Positions 1-10,699 of a stretch of DNA of 64,000 nt are shown here, in pieces; within the stretch, counting starts at the first letter, position 1, and each line of letters opens with the position of its first letter. The notes beneath the pieces are model-generated. The model saw nothing but the letters and a program-made list of their open reading frames with translations. It had not been told where the DNA came from and made no database searches. A program made the translations under genes and the position numbers. The stretch comes from Octopus sinensis (taxonomy: Eukaryota), in assembly GCF_006345805.1 (NCBI RefSeq), contig NC_042998.1, positions 134,912,001 through 134,976,000 of the forward strand, written 5' to 3'.

Positions 1-119
1 TTTGTTTGAGTTAGTGAGTTGGCAGTGTATATCCTTGTAAGTACCGTTTTTGTTTAACTGTTATTTATTGAATTGTGGAATTGTTGTTACCTGTTGAACT
101 TGTTACCGTTTCCCCATTT

Positions 120-857
120 ATGAGTGAAGTCGTGAATAATATGGAAAGTACACCAGTACAAGCGGGCAGTTATGCTGCGGTGACTGGCAAAGGCCTGTCA
201 GCGAAGCTACTGCAGGTTACAGAAATTAAATTACAAGAGAGAGACTTTAAAAAATACAATGATTTGTTGAGAAAGGAGAGAGATAGCCTGAGGCTGACGC
301 TTCCCAAAGAAGTAACAGATAAAACGGAGAAGGTAACAATTCTGTCCAGAACATTAAAAATTGCAACAAAAAAGGTGGAAATAGCAGCGGAGGAGGCGGT
401 CGAGGAGTGCTTCAGAGAAATTAAGAACATAACGACGTTCTGCACCAGAGGAAGGAAATATGGCACAGTGGAGGTACGCTTCGTGAATGAAGCAGAAGCG
501 AGAAAATACTCCACTGTGCCTTTGAGATCAGCGGAGTGGGCACTACTACTGATTTACTGTGGCAAACGCGCGGCCAGAGTAAGAATAGGTAGAGTTCCCA
601 CAGAAATTGATGAGGCGTGGCTGGTGGTAACCATCCTATTCAACACAGAAGAGGACACTGAGATAATAAAAATATCAAGAACTGCTGGGGGGTATGGACT
701 AAAGTTATTGGTCCATATAAGCTTGCCAGATCTCCACAAGATTGCGGAAGAACTGATACTGCCAGACGAAGCAAGGTTGAGAATAGTGGTGGAAGGAAGA
801 CTGCCTGTATGTTTTATTTGTGGAGTAAAAGGACATATGAAAGCTAAGTGTCCCTAG
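120..857 (+). CDS. Gag-like ORF1 of a Tx1/L1-type non-LTR retrotransposon with a CCHC zinc knuckle
   Basis: First ATG at 120 in the 75..857 frame. C-x2-C-x4-H-x4-C (CFICGVKGHMKAKC) at 810-851, preceded by RRM-like segments (YGTVEVRF, RVRIGRVP). The frame reopens after the TAG at 855-857 as a Glu/Lys-rich tract to 1064, so the stop may be a mutation. Confidence 0.7.
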   Translation: MSEVVNNMESTPVQAGSYAAVTGKGLSAKLLQVTEIKLQERDFKKYNDLLRKERDSLRLTLPKEVTDKTEKVTILSRTLKIATKKVEIAAEEAVEECFREIKNITTFCTRGRKYGTVEVRFVNEAEARKYSTVPLRSAEWALLLIYCGKRAARVRIGRVPTEIDEAWLVVTILFNTEEDTEIIKISRTAGGYGLKLLVHISLPDLHKIAEELILPDEARLRIVVEGRLPVCFICGVKGHMKAKCP

Positions 858-1550
858 AAACACGAAGAGGAGGAGGCAGGGAAGGAATATCAGGAAGAAG
901 AGGGTGCAACCGTGGAGGAGGAGAAAATGGAAGAGCAATGCACAGTGGTAAAAAGAAAGAAGACAGACTCACCACCAAAAAGTCCGAGGAAGAAAAGAAA
1001 GGCAAGTGGAGAGGAGAAGCAGAGTGAAAAACAAGAAAATACAAATGAGAAGAGAAAAAAATGAAAAGACAACACAAGTACGTGAGGAGCGAACGCAGAG
1101 ACCATCAACTAGCAAGGAGGAAAGAATACAGAAAAGAAAGGAAAATGAAAGAGAGATGATAACAACATAGAATGAGAGACAGACAGAGACAGAAATGCTA
1201 GTGGCAGAGGAAGGGGATTGGTGAGGAGAGAAGGAGGTTGACACCAAAAGGGAGAAACCTGAGAACAATAGTGCTGTAAACGAACTTCGAGAGTGTGAGT
1301 GAATATCTTGTCTTGTACTTTCGGGGTACAAGAAAGCAATCACTCACTAGCCGTTGCTTTAATAATCCAGAATTCTACCAGTCAGAAACAACAAGACGCA
1401 GACGTAAAATATATATAACTACTTTATTCTCTTTCTTGGTAACAATAACAATAAGTGTGTTATCTGATGTCCTTGGTTCGGGGCGCGCAAGGCTGAAAGT
1501 TAATCGATTGTAATATTTACAATATTCAGCCGATGAAACCAGAACGGGTT

Positions 1551-1777
1551 CAAGATGGCGTCGAACAGGGAAGTTGAATGTGGTCGGCAACAATTTGGTT
1601 AAAGGCATTCGGCCGACTGCTGCTAGAATCAAGCCCTGACGGAGAGAGAATATACGTGTGACCGTTGCCTTCGATAGCCATGTCTCAAAGTCCCCGCTGA
1701 CTGCTGCTAGTGGTCAAACGTTCTACGACCCCCTGCCTTGGCCAGGGTCGTGCTTCCGGTGGTTCGCGCATGCGCGA
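1551..1777. promoter_or_regulatory. CpG-rich segment with YY1-like, ETS-like and NRF1-like motifs
   Basis: CAAGATGGCG at 1551-1560, CTTCCGG at 1753-1759, and the perfect 14-bp palindrome TCGCGCATGCGCGA at 1764-1777 containing GCGCATGCGC. Motif matches only. Confidence 0.25.
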
Positions 1778-4700
1778 GAGGGCCCTTCCTTTCTGTGCCT
1801 TGGTGAAGGCACCAACACGCGCGAAATACAAATGGACGGTGCGCGAGCGCGCACCGTTGTAGGATCACTACAGTGCAATGCCCAAAAAGTGTAGAGATAG
1901 AGAAGAGAATTGCCAAGATGAAGAACGTTATCGCAGTGAAATTAGCGGCCAAAGAGTGTAACGAAGGTTTTAAAGCTGTTTTGTTGGAAAAAGAAAGAGG
2001 AAAGAAATTGAAGGAGTTGTTTGGCGAAAGAATAGAGATGACAGCAATACACATTGGCTACGATGAATTGCCGCCGGTGGTAGCCTTCGAAGAGTTAATA
2101 GAGTATATGTTATAAACCAACAGATACAAGACCAATATGAACTGTTTATTTAAAAACAGTAAAATGGAACTATCTGTTATGGTGGGGGGTGGGGATAGGT
2201 AAGCCATTTCATTCTCGTTTTCATTATGTCCATAATTCATTCGATATGTGTTTCTATGTACCCCCAATGTATTGTTTTGTCTGTTTTTATGTTGTCCCTT
2301 CTCTATTGAGGCCTTGTGCCTAATTAAAGAAATAAGGACGCCGGCGCCGCCGCATGTTGTTGGTGTTGCAGAGTATCAACTTGTTTGTTTAAGTCTTGTC
2401 ATTTTTGACCGCGGTTGGATTGTTGAAGGCTTTCTCTTTGATACTGTCAGTTGTTGGAATTGTTGCGTATTGCTGATAAAGAGATTGTTGTTGAAGCAAT
2501 TCGTGTGTGGTTGTTTTTGTTTTCATCCCATTGTGGGGGTGAGAAGGTTGTGCATGCAAATATAGTATTGGTATATCCCATTTATGTTCATTAGAAATTA
2601 AATAAATAAAGAATTTTGAATTGTACGAATATTTATTCCCCCCCCCCCCAACTGTACATCATGAGCTTCCATAAAATATGAATAAAATTAAATCATGTAG
2701 CCTCTTCCATGCTCTTCTAATCGATTTATTACATCCTCCTGCTTTGTTAAAGCAAACATGTTTAATTTTCCTTAATGAGACTCATTGTATGTTGTTTATA
2801 TGATAGACGGAGTGGGTGTCCTATGCCTAATGTTCGTTAGCTTTGCTCTTTGACGAGCGAGGCGAGTTTTTAAGCCATCCTCGAAACAAGGACTAGTTGT
2901 TTTCTGAAAACGGCAGTTTATAGGTTCTGCTATTTTGTTGCTCATTCTATTTCAGTCCTCTGCTTTCCTTCCCTGTTTTCCCAGCACCACAGGGAAGAAA
3001 ATCCTCGAGTAGATCTTATTGACACGTACGCAACAGCTGGTCTTTCTGCTCTGAACCACCAGTAGCGATGGTAGGGGTGGGACGAGATGAGGTGGGGGTG
3101 CAATCCGCCCCGGGCGATGCTTCTGTGGAGGTGGATCTTTTGGGTCTGCTGTATAAGCCTTATAGGGGTGAGGAGCGACTAACTCAAGGGCTGCCCCAGC
3201 AGTACATACTTTAGCTTCGTCACTGCTGAACTCCACCGTCTTCGGGGCTCATCACGAACTTTATGTCCACACAGACTCCATCCGACCACGTCGATTTTTG
3301 TTATCTCGGTGCACACCACCAACCTAAACTGTGTCGTAAATGTAACGACGAGCTAATGGCTAATAAAATTGCCAATATCTCTGTCTCACACTTGAGTTCC
3401 GTTGTCCTATATGAGTCTGTGACACCAGGCTAGCCTGTTACCTTGCTTTGTCCTCTATCGTGAAAAATCAAACACAGTTCTACAAGGTCTCCCTCGATCA
3501 CTGAAAACTACAATCTTCCATATACCCGACAAGATTCTTTCTAGTGGTCCTTTGACGTCTTGCTGAAAGTCCCTACATATTTTTTAATTGGCATAGGTGT
3601 GTAACGCTTCTCCTTGCTCTTTCTGTAATAGAATCATCAAACAAGAAGGATGAATATTTTGTAATATACATATTATACATCCTTTTCTTTCCACTGAGAA
3701 TCAACCCGCATTTAGAATTTATAAATAAAAGTAACGTTGGCAAGAGATTTGCTGCCATTTTACAATCTTAATTTGCTTCTTTTATTTTTTAAAAATTCTT
3801 TTAGTCAGGAGAAGTGTCTGTGACCCTTCACAGTGTAGTGGATCTTGCATGCATGAAGTGGATTCGATCCACCATAGCCAAATTTAAATTAACACTGCAA
3901 CAGAACTTTTCCCACGATGGAACAATGGTTTTTCTCTGACAGCAGTTTTACATTTTCCAGATGCCTTTAGCTAGGCCGAAATAATGTCTTCACTACTTGA
4001 CCCTTTCTAACCTCTTCTACTTCACCAAAAGCTAGAAGAGATAACAAGACCACCAACTAAATCTATTGTTCTCAATTATATATCTATCCTTCTGGATAGT
4101 TATATAAGCAAGCATATCCCAAGCAAAAATCAGTTACTCACCTTGGTGATAACTCGTGAGTTGAGAAAGAGCTAACATCAGTTCGTGAACCGACCACTAG
4201 AATCATGGAAGCAGGCAGATAAAACGGCCAGAGGGAAAAAGAAAGACTCTCACTAGCTCTAATTCTGTTCTCTTACAACATCATTCTATCTCTCTCTCTC
4301 TCTGTAATTACTACTAAACAATTAAGAGGACACATACACAAACTTTACTTCGCATGCTTTTGGATGTATCAAAACCTGCTCGTCGAGGCAAGGTATTGTA
4401 ACGTAACGGTAAATAAATACTTCCTTAAAACTTCATGTATTGTTCATCTTTCACATCTTAAAGTAAGCAATCATAACAATAAATTTTTATCGTTACAGAT
4501 GCTGACTCCGACATTTCATCATATTGTTTACTAATCAATCTTACCCGTTACAATTGGTAACTACACCAAAATAAAATCCTTATCGTTACAAGAGCTTCTG
4601 AGACTGGTGGAAATGAAAAGGGAAGGTGTCCTCTGATCGGAGACCTTGCCCAAATATTTTCAACAGAGTGGACTGCGTAACTATTTTGTCTGATTTAATT

Positions 4701-4977
4701 AAACAAATTATTGAAATGCTAATTAAATATTTCTATTCTATCGTAAATTAAAAAACAAAAGTCATGGCGTGTTATAGCCAGTGAAGATGTGTGCTTGTTG
4801 ACATTGAATATGTGTTTGTTCATTCGGGTTTTTTTTTTTTCGGTCTTTTCAAGCATAAAAAAAGAATTTTTGTATAAAAGTTACATAGATTGTGTAATAA
4901 ATGTATATTTTATATGCACAAATAATAGTTAAGCAGTATCGATTTCAGCTTCCGTTATGTAGACCTTATGGTGCAAA

Positions 4978-5307
4978 GTGAAGGCGCATGGCTCAGTAGT
5001 TAGAGCGTCGAGCTTACGATCGTGAGGTTGTGAGCTCGAATCCCGGACCGGGCTGCGTGTTGTGTTCTTGAGCAAGGCACTTTATTTCACGTTGCTCCAG
5101 TTCACTCAGCTGTAGAAATGAGTTGCGACGTCAATGGTGCCAAGCTGTATCGACCTTTGTCTTTCTCTTGGATAACACTGGTGGCGTGGAGAGGGGAGGC
5201 TGGTATGCATGGGCGACTGCTGGTCTTCCATAAACAACCGAGGGTAACTTTCTAGGTACAATCCCATGGTCATTCATGACCGAAGGGGGTCTTTACCTTT
5301 TTTACCT
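4978..5307 (+). mobile_element. tRNA-derived SINE with a CORE/V-like central domain and a 12-bp target-site duplication
   Basis: Box A-like TGGCTCAGTAG and box B-like GCTCGAATCC; central TTGAGCAAGGCACTTTATTTCAC; TTATGGTGCAAA at 4966-4977 and 5308-5319; related copy near 43700. Confidence 0.85.
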
Positions 5308-6632
5308 TTATGGTGCAAATAATCAACTTTTTATTTAGAGTAAATAAATAAATTTAATAAATTAATAGTTAAATGTACAATGTAAAAAAATACAGAACTT
5401 CAAGTATTTATTTCTTCTACACATGAATGCTATAGAGTTGTCCGATCCGATCTACAGTATTCTTAACGAATGAGAAGTCAAACAGACTTAATAAAAAAGA
5501 GAAAGAATGGATATGTTGATGCTCTTGTATTTTTTAAAGATATTGACATGTGAAAAGGAGATGACAACTTTATGCATTGAAAGTGAGTCGCCGATCTCTG
5601 TTCGCCAGGGATTTTACCCAATACTGCTAAAAAAAAGTGTCTTCAAGCGGCGGCGATTGAAATGGATTTCATCACGCTGAGCCAGTAATATCGTTTTCCA
5701 CATTAGCTTTGATAGGTCTTCAATTTCAAGTTGTGCACACAGCAATTAGCTACTACCATCAAATATTCAAGCTTGAAATAAGTGTCCCATTCTGACGAAA
5801 ACAAATTGAGTGCAATGTTAAACGGAAAATTGTTGAAACAAAATCAATATTAAGGTTTCGATAATGATGCTTTTATAATGGCGAGGGTGATAAGCGCTGT
5901 TCCTTCTAATATTTTTACTGTGGATATATGCAGAAATTTGCTTTTCTTTGCTACATATATGTACAAAAATCCCAGTAACTATCTTCAACTAAAGATATTC
6001 GATTTCATCTTGAAAACCCTTGTGCGCATATGTTTTCCCTTTGTGCACTAGGTAAACATTAGTGATAACACAGGAAAGGGTGAAGCTGTGCGGGAGGAGG
6101 AGAAAAGAAAAGATCTTTCTACGCTAGTGTTAGTAAACCTAAAGATTCTGCAACTTTCATCACTGAAGTCTGAGTATCAGGAAATATTTTCGATTTGCAT
6201 TCGCCGTTCACATATTGAAATACATATTATATGAACAACATGTCTACTTGAGCTACTACGAATACACTCTTGGAAGTAAATAGAGTTTATTATAAGTCAA
6301 TTATTTTGATAAATTAATTTGTATCAACATGTCACATGTCCCAAAGTACTTGCAATTCGAGTAGATATGCCTTTTTATGTCTGTTAAAACCAGTCTTATT
6401 CCCATAACAATTTAAGTAAGCTGTGTTATCTCTTACGTAGTGGAGTAATGATCCAATAAGAAAGCTTAATTTACTATGACGTAATTTAGTTGTAACTTTT
6501 CCATGAATTCATTCGGATTTCGTTTGTAGGTTGGAGGATGTATAAAGGTTTTTGAAAGAGGATCGTTAGCATAAAAGTGCTTCCCTCATAAAATGCTGTT
6601 CTCCCAACATTTGTCAAACCAAATTTAATCTG

Positions 6633-7334
6633 ATGATTCCAAGCATCATCTCAGGATGTCCAATAAGGTATCTTTCGTCATTATCTGAAAGGAAAAACAT
6701 ATTTTCTAAACTTAACATAAGTAATACAGATGATTTTGGGAAGTCATTTGAAAATACTTCTAAGCCGAAAACGAAGTTAATCGAATCTCCTGGTGGAGCA
6801 ACAGATAACATTAATACACCGCCACATGATACAATTTATGCGTTTTTAGAGAAAGTTCTCTCAAAATCTCGTCGGAAAATTGACCTAATTTCTGGAGATG
6901 GGAATTGTTTTTTTCGATCATTGAGTAAAGAAGTTTTCGGAAGTGAAAGATTTCATAAATGGATTCGAAAGCAAGTTGTTGACTATATGAAACAGCGACC
7001 AGCTTTATTTTCACTCTTTATTGATGGCACTGAAACAATTGACGACCATGTAGAGAAAATGCGTTCAGATAAAGTATGGGCAACAACAGCCGAAATATTT
7101 GCCGCTGCAACCTTTTTGGGAATGGATATTTATTTACTCACACCGGTTATAAATCAACAATATGAATGGTTTCGTTTCCGACCTCTCAGAGAAGTAAAGC
7201 ACAGGCGCTTTTATGTCACTTTGTGTCATACTGGAGCAGAACATTTTGACAGAGTCGTTCCAACTGACAATTTCGATAAGGATTTTCCTCCTCCAATATG
7301 TAGAGGAAGTTTTTTAGATTATTTTTTTTACTAA
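6633..7334 (+). CDS. Intronless OTU-domain cysteine protease (deubiquitinase-like), 233 aa
   Basis: GDGNCFFRS Cys box (Asp89, Cys92, codon 6906-6908), WATTAEIFAAA helix motif, HTGAEHFD His box (His204, Asp206); no internal stops; AATAAA downstream near 7395. Confidence 0.85.
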   Translation: MIPSIISGCPIRYLSSLSERKNIFSKLNISNTDDFGKSFENTSKPKTKLIESPGGATDNINTPPHDTIYAFLEKVLSKSRRKIDLISGDGNCFFRSLSKEVFGSERFHKWIRKQVVDYMKQRPALFSLFIDGTETIDDHVEKMRSDKVWATTAEIFAAATFLGMDIYLLTPVINQQYEWFRFRPLREVKHRRFYVTLCHTGAEHFDRVVPTDNFDKDFPPPICRGSFLDYFFY

Positions 7335-8026
7335 GTAATCATTAAAAAAAATCAAATTCTTAATATTAGCAGTAACACTTTTATTTGGTACATCAATAAA
7401 ATGTACTTCCTTATATTCCAATGAAGCAATTAGACACCAACATACAATGAAAGAATGGGAAGAATATAGTGTAAAAAATACAAAAGTAAACAGAATATGA
7501 ATAAAAATGTGAAAGACTGTGTGTATATATGTATGTGCGCGCGCTTGTTTTCGGTGTATCATGATTTCTACAAACACCGGCTTTTTAGTTTCGAGATTTC
7601 TCTATTGCTTTTCTGGCATCTGATAGATATAATTGGAAATTGCATTGCATATCTTGCATTTCGTGTTTCTGATGTATTTATGTTTTGGAAGTTTTATGAC
7701 TTTGGAAAGATGTTTCATGAATTGCTTGCTACAGGAATCTGAGCATATTATTTGAAGTATTGTGACAATGATGTGGGAGGGTCTTTGATGTAACTATTGT
7801 TCCTAATTATTTTGAATAACGTTTTATTGGTTGTTTTGTAGTGTATGTTGGATAAAAAAGAAATATTCACAGTTTTGTTTGGCATATTTTCTTCGTTATT
7901 TACACGTTTACTTGTTTGATGATGTGTTATATAGACATGCGCAATCGGAAACTTGAAGCTTAAGAGTCACAATTCAAGAAGCTACAACTTCATATAAGAT
8001 ACAATTCTATATGTAAGAGATGAGGA

Positions 8027-8459
8027 ATTATGTACATTATTTACATTCGACGGATATTTGTCCTCATCTTGTTTGTTGTTAACACAACATTTCGGCTGAT
8101 ATACCGAATATTATTATTTTTTTGTTGTTGTTGTTCAGGTCACTGCTTGGAATCGAACTCGGAATCTTGAGGTTAGTAGCCCGCGCTCTTAACCTCTACG
8201 CCATATGCCCACAGACATATGGCGTAGTGGTTAAGAGCGCGGGCTACTAACCCCAAGATTCCGAGTTTGATTCTAAGCAGTGACCTGAACAATAATAATA
8301 ATGATAATAATAACACCGAAAAATACCTTAGGAATGAGAGCCCAGGTTCGAAATTTCCCCCAAGACACCTGAAGAAGGCTGGAGGGTATATCAGCCGAAA
8401 CGTGTTAACAACAAACAAGATGAGGACAATATCCGTCAAATGTAAATAATGTAAATAAT
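8027..8459. mobile_element. Head-to-head palindromic dimer of a tRNA-headed SINE with a hammerhead-bearing tail
   Basis: 8108-8207 is the inverse of about 8216-8316, and 8027-8105 the inverse of about 8386-8459, around an 8-nt loop. The head has GGCGTAGTGG, a CT-ACT-AA anticodon-like loop and a GTTYGATTC box. The left arm lacks about 70 nt. Confidence 0.85.
8364..8406 (+). ncRNA. Degenerate minimal type I hammerhead ribozyme
   Basis: GACAC, CTGAAGA (8369-8375), A, GGCTG/CAGCC stem, GAAA (8397-8400), CGT. The cleavage site has a 3-nt deletion here, but the opposite arm preserves GAAA-TGTT-GTGTT. Confidence 0.6.
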
Positions 8460-8621
8460 ATTCATATACGATATACAATCTATTCTATTAATTATTCAGT
8501 GGCTTTCTCTGTTTTGGAAACAGAAACACTAATCATCCATCCATCCATCCATCCATCCATCCATGTATACATACACACACATTCATAGTTACAAAACCAA
8601 TATACACTATATATACGTATA

Positions 8622-8830
8622 TTCTTTTATTTGTTTCAGTCATTTGTCTGCAGCCATGCAAGAGCACCGCTTCAAAATGGTTTTAGTTGTAGAAATTAAC
8701 CTCGGGACTTATTCTTTGTAAGCTTAGTACTTATTCTATTGATCTCCTTCGCCGAACCGCTGAATAACGGGCACATAAACATACCAGCATCGGTTATCAA
8801 GTGATGATGGTGGTACAAACACAGACACAC
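8622..8830 (-). mobile_element. 3' half of the abundant tRNA-derived SINE (family of 13145-13590)
   Basis: Reverse-complement similarity to 13380-13580, including the GCGGTGC..GCATGGC..GACTGAAAC tail. Confidence 0.75.
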
Positions 8831-8835
8831 ACACA

Positions 8836-8891
<56 letters not shown>

Positions 8892-8900
8892 ATATATATA

Positions 8901-9304
8901 TATATAAATAAAGAGGGGGCAGGCAACAGGTTGCTTAGCCACATACCGAAAAGACTGTTTATTTCTATTTTACAAATAAGGAAATGCTAGCTATCTTCCA
9001 CTATTCCGACGACGCTGGCTCGGGAAGCGGAGGTATGTATAGCATTTGAGAAATCTATCCGAGTGGAGAGATACGTTGATAAAGGATATGAATTTATAAT
9101 TCTAATCCAGAAACGCGTCCGTAAATAACCCTAAACTTTGCTTTCGTTATTTTTTCCTTCTGTTTTATATATGTGAATTATATGGATATGTTGTATGTGG
9201 AGTCTTATTTGTAGAAAATAGAAATAAACAGTCTTTGACTGCTATTTCTAATTTTTCGGTATGTGGCTAAGCAACCTGTTGCCTGCTCCCTTTTTATTTA
9301 TATA
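8901..9304. mobile_element. MITE with ~80-bp terminal inverted repeats, inserted in a TA tract
   Basis: 8901-8980 is the inverse of 9204-9304 (AAATAAA.AGGG.GCAGGCAACAGGTTGCTTAGCCACATACCGAAA...), with one ~20-bp indel. Confidence 0.8.
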
Positions 9305-9455
9305 CAAATATATATTGAACTTTTTTTTTAAAAGTTTCTACCGATAATGGTTATATTTACATACCGAAATCTACCCGTAAATAATTGTTGTTTTTTTTTA
9401 AACTATTAATTGTTTACCCTTATATTATTAATAATGGTATATATATATACATACA

Positions 9456-9610
9456 CGACGGGCTTCCTTCAGTTTCCGTCTACCAAATTCACTCACAAGG
9501 CTTTGGTCGGCTCGAGGCTAAAGTAGAAGTCACTTGTCCAAGGTGCCATGCAGTGGGACTGAACCCAGAACCCGGAACAAGCAAGTTTGTTACCACACAC
9601 CACGCCTGCG
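9456..9610 (-). mobile_element. 5' half (tRNA head and central domain) of the abundant SINE
   Basis: Reverse-complement match to 13145-13310. Confidence 0.8.
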
Positions 9611-9778
9611 TTTATACATATATACATATATGCATACGTAATGCGAGAACACACACACACACACATGCATATATACTTATATTTACATATATAATGTGCA
9701 CATGGATATTTGTGAATGCATATGAATTTAAATAGAAGTACATCTATGTGCAAGTATACATATATATATGTATACTCC

Positions 9779-9938
9779 TTTTTTTCTCTCCTTGTTTGTT
9801 TCTGTGTTCCTTTCTGTGGAAGAGCGTAGGCTCGAAACGTTAAAGACTATTTCAATTCCCCAGCGTTATACTAATACATCTGTTTGTTTTCTACACCACC
9901 TGTCTTCGTCTTTTGTTTTTGCTTTTGTGAATTCTCTC
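9779..9938 (+). mobile_element. PLE pseudo-LTR-like repeat with a hammerhead-like fold at 9810-9845
   Basis: Homologous to 29037-29232. CTTT, CTGTGGA, A, GAGC/GTAG/GCTC, GAAA, CGT, T, AAAG. Confidence 0.6.
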
Positions 9939-9949
9939 TATATGTATAT

Positions 9950-10030
<81 letters not shown>

Positions 10031-10079
10031 GTAGGAAGAAATGGAGCTGAACGAAGACTTAACAAAATTCCTTTTTATT

Positions 10080-10165
10080 ATTTTCTACATATGTTTCAAA
10101 GGCTGCAAAGTCCCTAATTCGGATTGAATAAGGAGTCCATTTTGCAGCCTTCTCTTCAGGAAAAT
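10080..10165 (-). ncRNA. Type I hammerhead ribozyme within a PLE pseudo-LTR-like repeat (about 10060-10360)
   Basis: Minus strand: stem I AUUUUC/GAAAAU, CUGAAGA (10159-10153), 12-bp stem II, GAAA (10097-10094), palindromic ACAUAUGU stem III, GUA cleavage triplet (A at 10086), followed by AAUAAA. Confidence 0.8.
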
Positions 10166-10576
10166 CCAGGAACTTAATTCTCCAACAAAATGCACAGCAA
10201 GCTTTTCGACAAACGCTCACGAGGAGCCCATGGAATAAATGGCACAAACTGTCTGTCAATATGCGTTGACGCCAGGCTGGGTGAAAGCCGACGAGAAGGT
10301 CCGTTGAGATAATTCAAGGTCAAAATCCGGTTGGCAGAAGGGGGGTACAGGAAAATCAAAGAGTGTGAATGTATTCTGTATGACTGGTGTTAATATTTGA
10401 ATTGTTTTAAGAATGAGTGCTAGCGTGTTTGAGTGTGAGAAATTGCATTCATGTATGTGTGTGTGCGTCTATGTATGTGTGGCAGTGTGTTTAGAAGGGA
10501 GCAAGGGAGAGAGATACAGCAGATATTAATATTGTCACCACAATTACTTTATATACATACATACATACATACAACA

Positions 10577-10612
<36 letters not shown>

Positions 10613-10618
10613 TATGTA

Positions 10619-10639
10619 CGAGGGTGAGTCAAAAAGTAA
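10619..10639. repeat. Solo mariner terminal inverted repeat
   Basis: TA|CGAGGGTGAGTCAAAAAGTAA, the perfect inverse of 11225-11245. Confidence 0.75.
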
Positions 10640-10699
10640 TATATATATACATGTATGTATGTATGCTTGTATGTATGTATGTATCTATTTATGTATGTA

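Larger units (their letters stand above)
1..2335 (+). mobile_element. Probable non-autonomous or deleted Tx1/L1-like element carrying ORF1 but no ORF2
   Basis: ORF1 at 120-857; no APE or RT motifs in 860-2335; T-rich UTR-like region ending AATTAAAGAAATAA near 2322-2335. Boundaries are inferred. Confidence 0.35.

Noticed and set aside
170-1343. Minus-strand ORFs overlapping ORF1 and its purine-rich extension
   Set aside because: Antisense shadows of a biased coding strand (Phe/Leu/Ser-rich, no motifs).
2952-3236. 94-aa Pro-rich minus-strand ORF in a GC-richer block (2700-3350)
   Set aside because: No recognisable motif; probably a decayed retroelement segment that I cannot classify.
4499-4676. 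Possible upstream exons of the OTU gene (AG/GT-bounded segments at 4499-4556 and about 4592-4676)
   Set aside because: They contain early stops, imply an intron of only ~35 nt and cannot be joined convincingly without RNA data.
5450-5750. Possible hAT transposase C-terminal relic on the minus strand
   Set aside because: Only a vague resemblance (YWVK, LLFTCQYL) among many stops; insufficient.
8216-8290. Possible tRNA genes (also 4983-5050, 13145-13220 and 43700-43770)
   Set aside because: They have A/B boxes but no complete acceptor stem, and they continue into repeat bodies, so they are SINE heads.
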